A DNA stretch of 64,000 bases from Gammaproteobacteria bacterium (GCA_026989495.1 JALSJE010000021.1:17239-81238), one strand, 5' to 3'. Shown: positions 42,982 through 53,116, counted from the stretch's first letter. The notes: generated by a model from the sequence alone, not told the origin. A program made the numbers and translations.

Positions 42982-44427
42982 ATGCCGAGACGCACCAAGA
43001 TCATCGCCACCCTCGGCCCCGCCACGGACGATCCCGCCGTCCTGGACGAGGTGATCCAGGCCGGCGTGGACGTGGTGCGCGTCAATTTCTCCCATGGCAG
43101 CGCCGAGGAGCATGTGCAGCGGGCCGATACGGTGCGCAACCGCGCCCGGGCGCATGGGCGCCAGATCGGCGTCATCGCCGACCTGCAGGGGCCCAAGATC
43201 CGCATCGAGGGCTTCCGTGAGGGTCAGGTGCTGCTCCAGGAGGGCGCGCGCTTCGTGCTCGACGCCAACCTCGGTCCCCGGGACGGCACCTCCGAGCGCG
43301 TCGGCATCACCTACAAGGACCTGCCGAGCGACGTCGAGCGCGGCGACACGCTGCTCCTCGACGACGGGCGCATCGTCCTGTGGGTGGACGAGGTGGTCGG
43401 CGGCGAGATCGTCTGCCGCGTGGTGGTCGGCGGGGAGCTCAGCGACAGCAAGGGCATCAACCGCCAGGGCGGGGGGCTTTCGGCCAAGGCCATCACGGAC
43501 AAGGACCGCGCCGATATCCGCGTCGCGGCCGAGATGCAGGCCGACTACCTCGCCGTCTCCTTCCCGCGCAACGCCGAGGACGTGCTGGAGGCACGCGAGC
43601 TCTTCCGCGCCGCCGGCGGGCACGGCGGCGTCATCGCCAAGATCGAACGCGCCGAGGCGTTGGAGGCGATCGAGGACATCATCCGCGCGGCCGACGCGGT
43701 GATGATCGCCCGCGGCGACCTGGGCGTGGAGATCGGCGACGCCGAGCTACCCGGGGTGCAGAAGCGCATCATCCACCTCGCCCGTTCCATGGACAAGGTG
43801 GTTATCACCGCCACGCAGATGATGCAGTCCATGGTCGAGAGCCAGATCCCCACGCGCGCCGAGGTCTTCGACGTGGCCAACGCCGTGCTCGACGGCACCG
43901 ACGCCGTCATGCTCTCGGCCGAGACCGCCACCGGGCGCTACCCGGCCAAGGCCGTGGCCGCCATGGACCGCATCTGCCGCGGGGCCGAGCGCCAGGCGGG
44001 CAGCGTGGCCGTGGAGCGGCGCAATCCCACACGCTTCACGCGGGTGGACGAGGCCATCGCCAAGGCCTCCATCTACACCGCCAACCATCTCGGCGTGAAG
44101 GCGATCGCGGCGCTGACCGAGTCCGGCGCCACGGCGCTGTGGATGTCGCGCGTCACCTCCGACATCCCCATCTATGCGATGACGCGCCACGTGGCCACGC
44201 GGCGCAAGGTGACGCTCTACCGGGGGGTCTATCCGGTGAGCTTCGACGTCACGAGCACCGACCACCCCGCGGTCAACCGCGAGATCGTCGACGAGCTGGT
44301 GCGTCGCGGGGCGGTGCGCGACGGCGACCTCGTCATCATCACCAAGGGCGACCTCTCGGGCGTGGCCGGCGGCACCAATGCCATGAAGATCGTGCGTGTT
44401 GGGGAGCTCATCGGCCCGGCCACCTAG
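42982..44427 (+). CDS. pyk: pyruvate kinase
   Basis: 481 aa from [13 protein letters not shown], with ...[11 protein letters not shown].... Confidence 0.9.
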   Translation: MPRRTKIIATLGPATDDPAVLDEVIQAGVDVVRVNFSHGSAEEHVQRADTVRNRARAHGRQIGVIADLQGPKIRIEGFREGQVLLQEGARFVLDANLGPRDGTSERVGITYKDLPSDVERGDTLLLDDGRIVLWVDEVVGGEIVCRVVVGGELSDSKGINRQGGGLSAKAITDKDRADIRVAAEMQADYLAVSFPRNAEDVLEARELFRAAGGHGGVIAKIERAEALEAIEDIIRAADAVMIARGDLGVEIGDAELPGVQKRIIHLARSMDKVVITATQMMQSMVESQIPTRAEVFDVANAVLDGTDAVMLSAETATGRYPAKAVAAMDRICRGAERQAGSVAVERRNPTRFTRVDEAIAKASIYTANHLGVKAIAALTESGATALWMSRVTSDIPIYAMTRHVATRRKVTLYRGVYPVSFDVTSTDHPAVNREIVDELVRRGAVRDGDLVIITKGDLSGVAGGTNAMKIVRVGELIGPAT

Positions 44428-44546
44428 GGGGCCGTCATCGGGTAAAATCGGGCTCCCCACGGGGGCGCCCGGGGCGCCCCGGCCCGCAGGGCGCGGGCGC
44501 CGGAGGAGACGGAACCGGAACACGAAGCGAGACTGAGGAGACGGCT

Positions 44547-45611
44547 ATGGCGCTCATCACCCTTCGACAGCTTCTCGACCACGCCGCCGAGCACGGCTAC
44601 GGCGTGCCGGCTTTCAACGTCAACAACATGGAGCAGATGCACGCGATCATGGAGGCCGCCGACGAGACCGACAGCCCCGTGATCGTGCAGGCCTCGGCCG
44701 GTGCGCGCAAGTACGCAGGCCCCTCCTTCCTCAAGTACCTGATCGTCGCCGCCATCGAGCAGTGGCCGCACATCCCCGTGGTCATGCATCAGGACCACGG
44801 CGCATCGCCCGCGGTCTGCCAGCGCTCCATCCAGCTCGGCTTCTCCTCCGTCATGATGGACGGCTCGCTGATGGAGGACATGAAGACCCCCTCCACCTAC
44901 GAGTACAACGTGGAGGTCACGCGCCGGGTGGTGGAGATGGCCCATGCCTGCGGCGTCTCGGTCGAGGGCGAGCTCGGCTGCCTCGGCTCGCTGGAGACCG
45001 GCATGGCGGGCGAGGAGGACGGCGTCGGCGCCGAGGGCAAGCTCTCGCACGACCAGCTCCTCACCGATCCCGACCAGGCCGCCGACTTCGTCAAGCAGAC
45101 CGGGGTGGATGCGCTCGCCATCGCCATCGGCACCAGCCACGGCGCCTACAAGTTCAGCAAGCCGCCCACGGGCGAGGTGCTGCGCATCGACCGCATCAAG
45201 GAGATCCACGCCCGCATCCCGGACACGCACCTGGTGATGCACGGCTCCTCCTCGGTCCCTCAGGAGTGGCTCGAGATCATCCACGAGTTCGGCGGCGACA
45301 TCGGCGAGACCTACGGCGTGCCCGTGGAGGAAATCGTCGAGGGCATCAAGCACGGCGTGCGCAAGGTCAACATCGACACCGACCTGCGGCTCGCCGCCAC
45401 CGGCGCGATCCGCAAGAACCTCGCCGAGAACCCGAAGAACTTCGACCCGCGCAAGTACCTCACGGCGGCCAAGGACGCCATGAAGGAGATCTGCAAGCAG
45501 CGCTACGAGGCCTTCGGCACGGCAGGCAACGCCTCCAAGATCAAGCCCATCCCCATGGAGGAGATGTGGCGGCGCTATGCCAGCGGCGAGCTGGATCCGC
45601 GCGTCAACTGA
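44547..45611 (+). CDS. fba: class II fructose-bisphosphate aldolase (354-aa CbbA/Calvin-cycle subtype)
   Basis: [27 protein letters not shown]...HQDHG...[10 protein letters not shown]. This is the long class IIB form used for FBP/SBP cleavage. Confidence 0.9.
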   Translation: MALITLRQLLDHAAEHGYGVPAFNVNNMEQMHAIMEAADETDSPVIVQASAGARKYAGPSFLKYLIVAAIEQWPHIPVVMHQDHGASPAVCQRSIQLGFSSVMMDGSLMEDMKTPSTYEYNVEVTRRVVEMAHACGVSVEGELGCLGSLETGMAGEEDGVGAEGKLSHDQLLTDPDQAADFVKQTGVDALAIAIGTSHGAYKFSKPPTGEVLRIDRIKEIHARIPDTHLVMHGSSSVPQEWLEIIHEFGGDIGETYGVPVEEIVEGIKHGVRKVNIDTDLRLAATGAIRKNLAENPKNFDPRKYLTAAKDAMKEICKQRYEAFGTAGNASKIKPIPMEEMWRRYASGELDPRVN

Positions 45612-45788
45612 GGCGCGCGTGCCATGGCCACCGGAGAGGGCGGGGCGACCCGCCCTTTCTCTTTGGGGAGAAGGCCAGCAGCAGGCAGCACGTGGCGAGG
45701 GAGGCGCGGCTTCCAGCCGCGCCCCGCCGGCGGGGCCGCTTTCCGCACGGCATCCGCAGACCCTGGCGCCCTGATTCTCATAAGGAAG

Positions 45789-45960
45789 CTCTGAAAAATC
45801 CGATTTTTCAGACCTTTCCCGCGGCCAGGGACGGCCGCGGGACGGCCCATGCACAGGGAAGTGCATGACGATACGACGAAAAATCGAAATGGAACGCGAA
45901 GCACCTCAGCGCTGATCAATCCGCGCAGCGGATTGATCAGAGTTTCCATCAGAGTTTCCA
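45789..45960 (+). repeat. structured intergenic repeat, copy C (inverted relative to A/B; 12-bp terminal duplication)
   Basis: gctctgaaaaatccgatttttcagacc - cccgcggccAGGGAcggccgcggg - catgcacAGGGAagtgcatg - ctgatcaatccgcGCAGCgcggattgatcag - agtttccat(cagagtttccat). Lies between fba and the aldolase-Dabb gene. Confidence 0.8.
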
Positions 45961-46071
45961 TAAGCATTCATTTATCGAAAACAAATCTGGAATCGATTGG
46001 AATTCATCGACTGCTTGTGGACAGAATAACGCGGCCGCCTGAGGCGGCCGCGGACGCGAGGAGGACCCACC

Positions 46072-47244
46072 ATGCCGCTCGTGCACATGGGCGACATGCT
46101 CCGCCATGCCCACCGGCACCGCTATGCCGTGGGCGCCTTCGACCTCGTGGAGCTCTCCTTCCTCGAGGCGATCGTCGCCGGCGCCGAGGCCTGCGCGGCG
46201 CCCGTGATCCTGAGCCTGGCCGAGTCGCACTTCGAGCACTACGACTTCGAGCTCGCCATGGCGGCCACGGTGGCCGCGGCGCGGCGCGCGCGCGTCCCCG
46301 TGGCCATCCACCTGGATCACGGCGCGAGCCTGGAGTCGGCCGTGCGCGGCATCGCCCTCGGCTGCAACGGCGTCATGGTGGACGCCTCCCACGAGCCCTT
46401 CGAGGAGAACGTGCGGCGCACGCGCGCCGTGGTCGAGATGGCCCACGCCTGCGGCGTGCCGGTGGAGGGCGAGCTCGGCTACGTGGCCGGCGTCGAAGGC
46501 GAGGACGCCGAGAAGCATCCGGGCGAGGTCGTCTACACCGCCCCCGAAGAGGCGGCCGAGTTCGTGCGGCAGACGGGGGTGGACTTCCTCGCCGTCTCCA
46601 TCGGCACCGTCCACGGGCGGCTTCGGGGCGAGCCGCGGCTGGACCTCGAGCGGCTCGCCGCGATCGACGAGGCACTCGGGCTGCCGCTGGTGATCCACGG
46701 CGGCACGGGTCTCGGAGATGCCCAGTTCCGCGCCATCATCGAACGCGGCGTGACCAAGATCAACTACTACACGGCGCTCGCCGACGCCGCGGCGGCGAGC
46801 ATCCGCGCCCGCGCCGCCGAGGACCCGCGCGCGGGCTACACGGGGCTCATGCGGGATGTGCGCCGCGCCATCCGCGACGAGGTCGAGCGATGCATCCGCC
46901 TGTGGGGCTCGGCGGGGCGCGCCGCCGCGGTGCTGGCCGAGGCGCGGCCATGGCGGGAGATCGAGCACGTCATCCTGTGGAACACGGACGCGGGCGAGGA
47001 GCGGGCCGCGGCCGCCATGGCCGAGGGGCGCGAGAAGCTCGCGCGCATCCCCGGCGTGCGGCACGTGCGCACCGGCACCGCCGTCGACGCGGATGCGCGC
47101 TACCGCTATTGCTGGCTGATCGGCTTCTCCTCCGTGGCCGCGCGTGACCACTACCGCGACCACCCGGTCCACGTCGCCTATGCCGACGGAACCTTCCGGC
47201 CCATGGCGGGCGATCGGGTTCGGGTGGACTACGCGCTGGACTGA
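46072..47244 (+). CDS. class II (ketose-bisphosphate) aldolase family protein fused to a C-terminal Dabb (stress-responsive alpha/beta barrel) domain
   Basis: 390 aa. The N-terminal 290 aa are aldolase-like (HLDHG, VEGELG, IHGGTG). The C-terminal 95 aa ([13 protein letters not shown]...[12 protein letters not shown]...[14 protein letters not shown]) look like a Dabb domain. RBS is GAGGAGGA. Confidence 0.55.
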   Translation: MPLVHMGDMLRHAHRHRYAVGAFDLVELSFLEAIVAGAEACAAPVILSLAESHFEHYDFELAMAATVAAARRARVPVAIHLDHGASLESAVRGIALGCNGVMVDASHEPFEENVRRTRAVVEMAHACGVPVEGELGYVAGVEGEDAEKHPGEVVYTAPEEAAEFVRQTGVDFLAVSIGTVHGRLRGEPRLDLERLAAIDEALGLPLVIHGGTGLGDAQFRAIIERGVTKINYYTALADAAAASIRARAAEDPRAGYTGLMRDVRRAIRDEVERCIRLWGSAGRAAAVLAEARPWREIEHVILWNTDAGEERAAAAMAEGREKLARIPGVRHVRTGTAVDADARYRYCWLIGFSSVAARDHYRDHPVHVAYADGTFRPMAGDRVRVDYALD

Positions 47245-47308
47245 GGACGGCGGGCTGCGGCCCGACCGGCGTAACGATCCATGCCCTGCTGCAGAGACGG
47301 GAGGTGAG

Positions 47309-48217
47309 ATGAGCGAGGGCGCGCCCGAGGCGCTGTACGAGACCGACCTGAGGAGCCTGCCGCTGGTGAGCCGGGGCAAGGTGCGCGACATCTACGCCGT
47401 GGGCGACGAGGCGCTGCTGATCGTTGCCACCGACCGCCTCTCGGCCTTCGATGTCGTGCTGCCGACGCCCATCCCCGGCAAGGGGCGGGTGCTGACGGCG
47501 CTGTCGGAGTTCTGGTTCGAGCGCATGGCCGACCTGGTGCCGGGGCATCTGGCGGACATCCCGCTGGAGGAGGCGGTGCCGGATGCGGCCGAACGCGTGC
47601 AGGTGGCCGGTCGCGCCATGGTGGTGCGACGGCTCAAGCCCCTGCCGGTGGAGGCCATCGTGCGCGGCTACATCATCGGCTCCGGCTGGAAGGACTACCA
47701 GCGCACGGGCGCCGTCTGCGGCATCCGGCTGCCCGATGGCCTGCGGCTCGCCGATCGGCTGCCCGAGCCCATCTACACGCCCTCCACGAAGGCCGAGGCG
47801 GGCGAGCACGACGAGAACATCGACTTCGACCGTACCGTGGCGCTGCTCGGGCGCGAGCTCGCCGAACGGGTGCGAGGCCTCAGCCTCGAGATCTATCGGC
47901 GCGCGGCCGAGTATGCGCGCGCGCGCGGGATCATCATCGCCGACACCAAGTTCGAGTTCGGCCTCGACGAGGCCGGCACGCTCTATCTCATAGACGAGGT
48001 GCTCACCCCCGATTCCTCGCGCTTCTGGCCGGCGGACGCCTGGCGCCCGGGCGAGAACCCGCCGAGCTTCGACAAGCAGTACGTGCGCGACTGGCTCGAG
48101 GCGAGCGGCTGGGACAAGCGCCCGCCGGGCCCGGAGCTGCCACCCGAGGTGGTGGCGCGCACCGCCGAGAAGTACCGCGAGGCCTACCGGCGCCTGACCG
48201 GGCGCGAGCTGGGCTGA
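47309..48217 (+). CDS. purC: phosphoribosylaminoimidazole-succinocarboxamide synthase
   Basis: 302 aa long-form PurC (GKVRDIY...DTKFEFG). Confidence 0.9.
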   Translation: MSEGAPEALYETDLRSLPLVSRGKVRDIYAVGDEALLIVATDRLSAFDVVLPTPIPGKGRVLTALSEFWFERMADLVPGHLADIPLEEAVPDAAERVQVAGRAMVVRRLKPLPVEAIVRGYIIGSGWKDYQRTGAVCGIRLPDGLRLADRLPEPIYTPSTKAEAGEHDENIDFDRTVALLGRELAERVRGLSLEIYRRAAEYARARGIIIADTKFEFGLDEAGTLYLIDEVLTPDSSRFWPADAWRPGENPPSFDKQYVRDWLEASGWDKRPPGPELPPEVVARTAEKYREAYRRLTGRELG

Positions 48218-48221
48218 GGCG

Positions 48222-48833
48222 GTGGACGATCCGGCCCTGCGGCGCCTGCTTGCGGGCTTCCGCGCCTTCCGGGCGCGCCACTACGAGCGCCAGCCCGAGC
48301 CCTGGATGCGGCTGGTGCGCGAGGGCCAGCGCCCCGAGGTGCTGGTGGTCGCCTGCAGCGACTCGCGCGTGGACCCGGCGCTGCTGCTCGGCGCCGAGCC
48401 GGGCGAACTCTTCGTGGTGCGCAACGTCGCCGCGCTCGTGCCCCCCTACGCGCCGGACGGCGCCGAGCACGGCACCGCCGCCGCCATCGAGTTCGCCGTC
48501 AAGGTGCTCGGCGTGCGCCATGTGCTGGTGCTGGGCCACGGCGGCTGCGCCGGCGTGGCCGCCGCCCGCGCGGGCACGCCGGCCGGCTGCGAGGAGTTCC
48601 TGGGCCCGTGGACACGCACCGTCGCGGATGCCGTCTCCGGGCTGGACGAGCCCGCCGAGATGGAACGTGCCGCCGTGCGCCGCTCGCTCGAGAACCTGCG
48701 TGGCTACCCCTGGCTGGCCGAGGCTGAGCGGGCCGGACTGCTCGCCGTGCACGGCTGGCGCTTCGACCTGGAGCGTGGCCGCATCGAGGGCTACGATGAG
48801 GCGGCCGGCCGCTTCCGCGACCTCGCGCCCTGA
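48222..48833 (+). CDS. can: beta-class carbonic anhydrase
   Basis: About 203 aa with CSDSRV and HGGCAG zinc-ligand motifs. GTG start 4 nt after the purC stop. Confidence 0.8.
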   Translation: MDDPALRRLLAGFRAFRARHYERQPEPWMRLVREGQRPEVLVVACSDSRVDPALLLGAEPGELFVVRNVAALVPPYAPDGAEHGTAAAIEFAVKVLGVRHVLVLGHGGCAGVAAARAGTPAGCEEFLGPWTRTVADAVSGLDEPAEMERAAVRRSLENLRGYPWLAEAERAGLLAVHGWRFDLERGRIEGYDEAAGRFRDLAP

Positions 48834-48886
48834 GGCGGCGCCGCGCGGCCCGCGCTGACCGGACCCGGTCCGGGAAGGGGACGCCC

Positions 48887-50101
48887 GTGGAGATCCACAC
48901 ATTCTTCCTCCACCTGATGGTGATGCTGCTCACCGCCCGCATCCTGGCGGAGGTGGCGGTGCGCATGCAGTCACCCGCCGTGATCGGCGAGCTGCTCGCA
49001 GGCGTCCTGCTCGGGCCCAGCCTGCTCGGCTGGATCGAGCCGGCCGAGGCGATCCGGCTGCTCGCCGAGATCGGCATCATCCTGCTGCTGTTCGAGGTGG
49101 GGCTGGAGACCGACGTCATGCGGCTCGTGCGCACGGGGGTGCGGTCGGTGATCGTCGCCCTCGGCGGCTTCGTGCTGCCCTTCCTGCTCGGCTACGCGGT
49201 GGCGCGCTGGCTCTTCGGGCTGGAGCTGCTGCCGAGCCTGTTCGTGGGCGGCACCCTGACGGCAACGAGCATCGGGATCACGGTCCGTGTGCTCACCGAT
49301 CTCGCCCGCCACCGCGCCGAGGAAGGGCAGATCGTGCTGGGGGCGGCAGTGCTGGACGACGTGCTGGGCGTGGTGCTGCTCGCTCTGCTCTACGAGTTCT
49401 CGGTCGGCGGCGGCGTCAGCCTCGCCAGCGCCACCAAGGTGCTCCTGTTCGTGGGTGCCTTCTTCTTCGTCGCCCCCGTGATGGCCAAGCTCATCGCCGT
49501 GGTCATCCAGCGCTTCGAGGCCACCACCCAGATCCCGGGCCTCATCCCCACGGCCATCGTCTCGCTGGTGCTGTTCTTCGCCTGGCTCGCGCACGTGATG
49601 GGGGCGCCGGAGCTGCTCGGCGGCTTCGCCGCGGGGCTCGCGCTCTCGCGACGCTTCTTCCTGCCCTTCGGCATGGCCGTCCGCGCCGAGTCCGGCTTCG
49701 CCGAGCGCATCGAGCAGCAGATGCGCCCCATCGTGCACCTGTTCACCCCCATCTTCTTCGTGATGGTGGGGCTTTCCCTCAACCTGCGCGTGATCGACTG
49801 GGAATCTCCCTTCATCTGGGCCTTCTCGCTCACCCTGCTGGCGGTCGCGGTGCTGGGCAAGATGGCCGCCGCCTTCGTCATCGGTGTGCCCATGGCCGCG
49901 CGCTGGGCGGTGGGCATGGCCATGGTGCCGCGCGGCGAGGTGGGTCTGATCTTCGCCGAGCTCGGACGCACCTCGGGAATCCTCGACGCGCAGCTCTATG
50001 CCGGCATGGTGATCGTGATCGCCCTCACCACGCTGCTGCCGCCCTTCGCCCTCAAGTGGTTCTACGCGAGCCGCTACGCGCGGGGGCTGCCGGCCGCCTG
50101 A
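48887..50101 (+). CDS. cation:proton antiporter (CPA2/Kef-type transmembrane domain only)
   Basis: 404 aa with about 12 TM helices and a Na+/H+-exchanger family profile. No RCK domain. Confidence 0.75.
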   Translation: MEIHTFFLHLMVMLLTARILAEVAVRMQSPAVIGELLAGVLLGPSLLGWIEPAEAIRLLAEIGIILLLFEVGLETDVMRLVRTGVRSVIVALGGFVLPFLLGYAVARWLFGLELLPSLFVGGTLTATSIGITVRVLTDLARHRAEEGQIVLGAAVLDDVLGVVLLALLYEFSVGGGVSLASATKVLLFVGAFFFVAPVMAKLIAVVIQRFEATTQIPGLIPTAIVSLVLFFAWLAHVMGAPELLGGFAAGLALSRRFFLPFGMAVRAESGFAERIEQQMRPIVHLFTPIFFVMVGLSLNLRVIDWESPFIWAFSLTLLAVAVLGKMAAAFVIGVPMAARWAVGMAMVPRGEVGLIFAELGRTSGILDAQLYAGMVIVIALTTLLPPFALKWFYASRYARGLPAA

Positions 50102-50205
50102 GCCCCGTCGCGCCAGCGGACGCCCCCGGCGCGGCGCGCGCTTGAGCGCACCGTGCCGCGTCCGCATCTACCATTGTCCTTGGGCTGCCTTCGGGGGACG
50201 CAGGC

Positions 50206-52185
50206 GTGGGTGCGCATGCGCTGATCCAGGTGATGGCGCTGCTGGGCGTGGCGGTGGCGGTGCTCGCCGCCTTCCGCCGGCTCGGCCTGCCCGCGGTGCT
50301 CGGCTACCTGCTGGTGGGCGTGCTGGTGGGCCCGCACGTGCTCCACTGGCTGCCGGACACGGGGCTCACCCGCCTGCTCGCCGAGCTCGGCGTGGTCTTC
50401 CTCCTGTTCACGGTCGGACTGGAATTCTCGCTGCCGGAGCTGCTCGCGCAGCGCGCGGGCGTGCTCGTGCTGGCGTTGCTCCAGGTGATCCTGACGGCAG
50501 CCCTCGGCGCAGGCGCCGCCATGGCCTCGGGGCTGCCGGCCGGCACGGCGGTCGTGGTCGGCGGCGCGGTGGCCATGTCCTCGACCGCGATCGTGGTGCG
50601 CCAGCTCGGCGAGCAGCTCGAGCTCGCCACCCGCCACGGGCGCGCGGTGGTCGCCGTGCTCCTGTTCCAGGACCTCGCCACGCTGCCCTTCCTCGTGCTG
50701 GTCGCGCGCCTCGGCGAGGGCGGTGGGGTGCCCATGGCCGAGCTGGGGGCGGGCCTGGCGCGGGCCGCCGCCGTGGTGGTGGGCCTCTACCTCGCGGGCC
50801 AGTGGCTGGCGCGGCCCTTCGTGCGTTGGGTGGCGGCCATGCGCTCGGCGGAGCTCTTCATGCTGGCCGCGCTCCTCGTGGTGCTGGGCGCGGCGGGCGT
50901 GGCCCAGCTCGCCGGCCTGAGCGCGCCGCTCGGCGCCTTCGTGGCAGGCATGGTGCTGGGCGAGACCGAGTTCCGCCACCAGGTGGAGGAGGACATCCGT
51001 CCCTTCCGCGAGGTGCTCCTCGGGCTGTTCTTCGCCACCGTGGGCATGCTCGTGGACCCGGCGGCGCTGGCGCGGCAGGCGGGTCCTGTGCTGGGGCTCG
51101 CGCTGGCGCTGGTGCTCGCGAAGGGCACGCTCGTCACGGGGCTCGCGCGCGTGAGCGGCATGAGCCGGGGCGTGGCGCTGCGGGTGGGGCTGTGCCTCGC
51201 GCACGCGGGCGAGTTCGGCCTGCTGCTGGTCGCCGCGGCCATGGGCCGCGGCCTGTTTCCGGGGGATGCCGGCCAGGTGCTGCTGGGCGCGCTCGTGCTC
51301 AGCATGGCCGCCGCGCCCGTGCTGGTGCGCCTGAACGGTCCGGCCGCGCGGCGTCTGGGCTTCCTCGGCTACGCCCGCGAGCTGCGCGCGCGCGAGGCGG
51401 CCGTCGCGCGCGAGGCGCAGGGCCTCGCCCGGCATGTGATCGTGGCCGGCTACGGGCGCATCGGCCAGAACGTGGTCCGCCTGCTGGAGGAGGACGGCAT
51501 CCCCTACGTGGCCCTGGACCTGGACCCGGCACGGGTGCGCGAGGCACGCGCCGCAGGCGACCGCGTCGTCTACGGCGACGCCACGCGCGAGGGCATCCTG
51601 CGGGCCGTGGGCGTGGCGCGGGCCCGGCTGCTGGTGGTGGCCTTCGCCGACGACCGCGCGGCCCTGCGGGTGGTCGAGCACGCCCGGCGCCTGCAGCCGG
51701 AGCTGCCCATCGTGGTGCGCACCCGCGACGACAGCCACCTGGAGGCGCTGCTCGCCGCCGGCGCCACCGAGGTGCTGCCCGAGGGCCTGGAGACCAGCCT
51801 CATGATCGGCGCCCAGATCCTGCTCCTGCTGGGGGTGCCGGACTCGGAGGTCACGCGCCGCATCGCCGCCATCCGAGCCGACGACTACCGCCCCTTCCGG
51901 CGCTTCTTCCACGCCCACGAGGCGCACGAAGCGGAGGCGCCCGAGTCCTACCGCAGCCGGCTGCACGCGGTGCCTCTGCCCGCGCGGGCTTGGGCGGTGG
52001 GGCGGCGCATCGACGAGCTCGGCCTGGAGGCGCTGGAGGTGGAGCTGGTGGCCGTGCGCCGCGGCGGCGTCCGGGTTCCGGCGCCGGCGCTGGACACGCG
52101 CCTGCGCGAGGGCGACGTGCTGGTCCTCTCGGGCCCGCGCGAGGCCCTGCAGCGGGCCGAGGCGCGTATCCTGGGCGGGGGCTGA
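50206..52185 (+). CDS. KefB/KefC-like K+ efflux CPA2 antiporter with RCK (TrkA-N) and TrkA-C domains
   Basis: 659 aa. TM domain, then a Rossmann motif (IVAGYGRIGQNV) and a C-terminal RCK_C domain. Confidence 0.8.
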   Translation: MGAHALIQVMALLGVAVAVLAAFRRLGLPAVLGYLLVGVLVGPHVLHWLPDTGLTRLLAELGVVFLLFTVGLEFSLPELLAQRAGVLVLALLQVILTAALGAGAAMASGLPAGTAVVVGGAVAMSSTAIVVRQLGEQLELATRHGRAVVAVLLFQDLATLPFLVLVARLGEGGGVPMAELGAGLARAAAVVVGLYLAGQWLARPFVRWVAAMRSAELFMLAALLVVLGAAGVAQLAGLSAPLGAFVAGMVLGETEFRHQVEEDIRPFREVLLGLFFATVGMLVDPAALARQAGPVLGLALALVLAKGTLVTGLARVSGMSRGVALRVGLCLAHAGEFGLLLVAAAMGRGLFPGDAGQVLLGALVLSMAAAPVLVRLNGPAARRLGFLGYARELRAREAAVAREAQGLARHVIVAGYGRIGQNVVRLLEEDGIPYVALDLDPARVREARAAGDRVVYGDATREGILRAVGVARARLLVVAFADDRAALRVVEHARRLQPELPIVVRTRDDSHLEALLAAGATEVLPEGLETSLMIGAQILLLLGVPDSEVTRRIAAIRADDYRPFRRFFHAHEAHEAEAPESYRSRLHAVPLPARAWAVGRRIDELGLEALEVELVAVRRGGVRVPAPALDTRLREGDVLVLSGPREALQRAEARILGGG

Positions 52186-52256
52186 GCCATGCCCCGCCTG
52201 CACCTGCAGGGCCATTGCCACGACCAGTGATACTAAGACCTACGTTAACAAAGCCT

Positions 52257-52700
52257 CATAAGCTTGCGTATGAGCATGACGGACTCCGGAAGAAGCTCGA
52301 GACGAGCCCGGGCATCTTCTGCAGGCTGCGCAGGGCACCGATGGCGGCAGACACCAGCTCGGCCCTGCTCCTCACGGCAGCCCTGCCGATCCTGCGCTTG
52401 ACATGCGCCCAGACCAGCTCGTCCGGGTTCAGCTCAGGCGAATAGGGCGCAGGAAGAAGAGCTCGATCCGGTCATCATGCTCGGCCACGAACTTCTCCAC
52501 CAGCCTGGCCTTGTGCACCGGATGTCCATCGACGATCAGGAATATCTTGCGGTCCATGCCCGTGATCAGCCGCCTGAGGAAATCCCGAGACACACGCGCC
52601 GTCACTCGCCCCTCCACCGTCATGAACCGGAAATGCCCCCGGGCATTGACAGCAGACAGCATGTTGAACGAGAAGCGCTCACCCGTCGCCTTCACCAGCG
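52257..52700 (-). pseudogene. IS630-family transposase 3' fragment (frameshifted, N-terminus missing)
   Basis: ...RKIFLIVDGHPVHKARLVEKFVAEHDDRIELFFL then, after a frameshift, (LPPYSP)ELNPDELVWAHVKRRIG...LVSSFFRSP. This is the DDE_3 C-terminal region; no HTH N-terminus is present. Confidence 0.6.
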
Positions 52701-52821
52701 GCGTCCACCCAACGTGGTCGCCGTGGCGCCGGCCAACAAGCTCGCCCGCCGGGCCTGGGCAGTGCTGCACCGCGGCGAGCCCTGGCGGCCCCAGCCGGCC
52801 GCGGCGGCGACGGGCATCTGA
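52700..52821 (+). mobile_element. IS110-family transposase C-terminal tail fragment
   Basis: ...VVAVAPANKLARRAWAVLHRGEPWRPQP* resembles the conserved C-terminal helix of IS110/IS1111 transposases. Only about 40 codons are present. Confidence 0.45.
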
Positions 52822-53116
52822 CCCGCCCCTGCGATTGCGCCAGTGGCTGAAGGCGAGACAGGTCGGACCGCGGCAGGGCAGACCCGGGGAAGCTCTCGGG
52901 CCTCGAGCCCGCTTTTCAGATTCGGGACCCTGCCGGCGGTTACCTTCAGGGCCCGGCACCGCGGCAAGGTGCCACCGACAGAGGCCGGATGCAAGCATGC
53001 AGTCGACCCCCCCTCACCTCAGCCCCTGGCAGGACGGGCGGCCCACGAAAACGACAGAAGAGCCAAAAAGAGGGCCCGGCCGGGCCCTCCAGGACGAAGC
53101 CGCGGACCGCGGGCGC

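Noticed and set aside
45960-46030. Low-GC patches (also 52200-52270 and 59440-59520) as candidate tRNA/ncRNA genes
   Set aside because: No cloverleaf-compatible stems, no conserved T-loop GTTC or anticodon-arm pattern. The lengths and contexts fit promoter or IS-boundary sequence instead.
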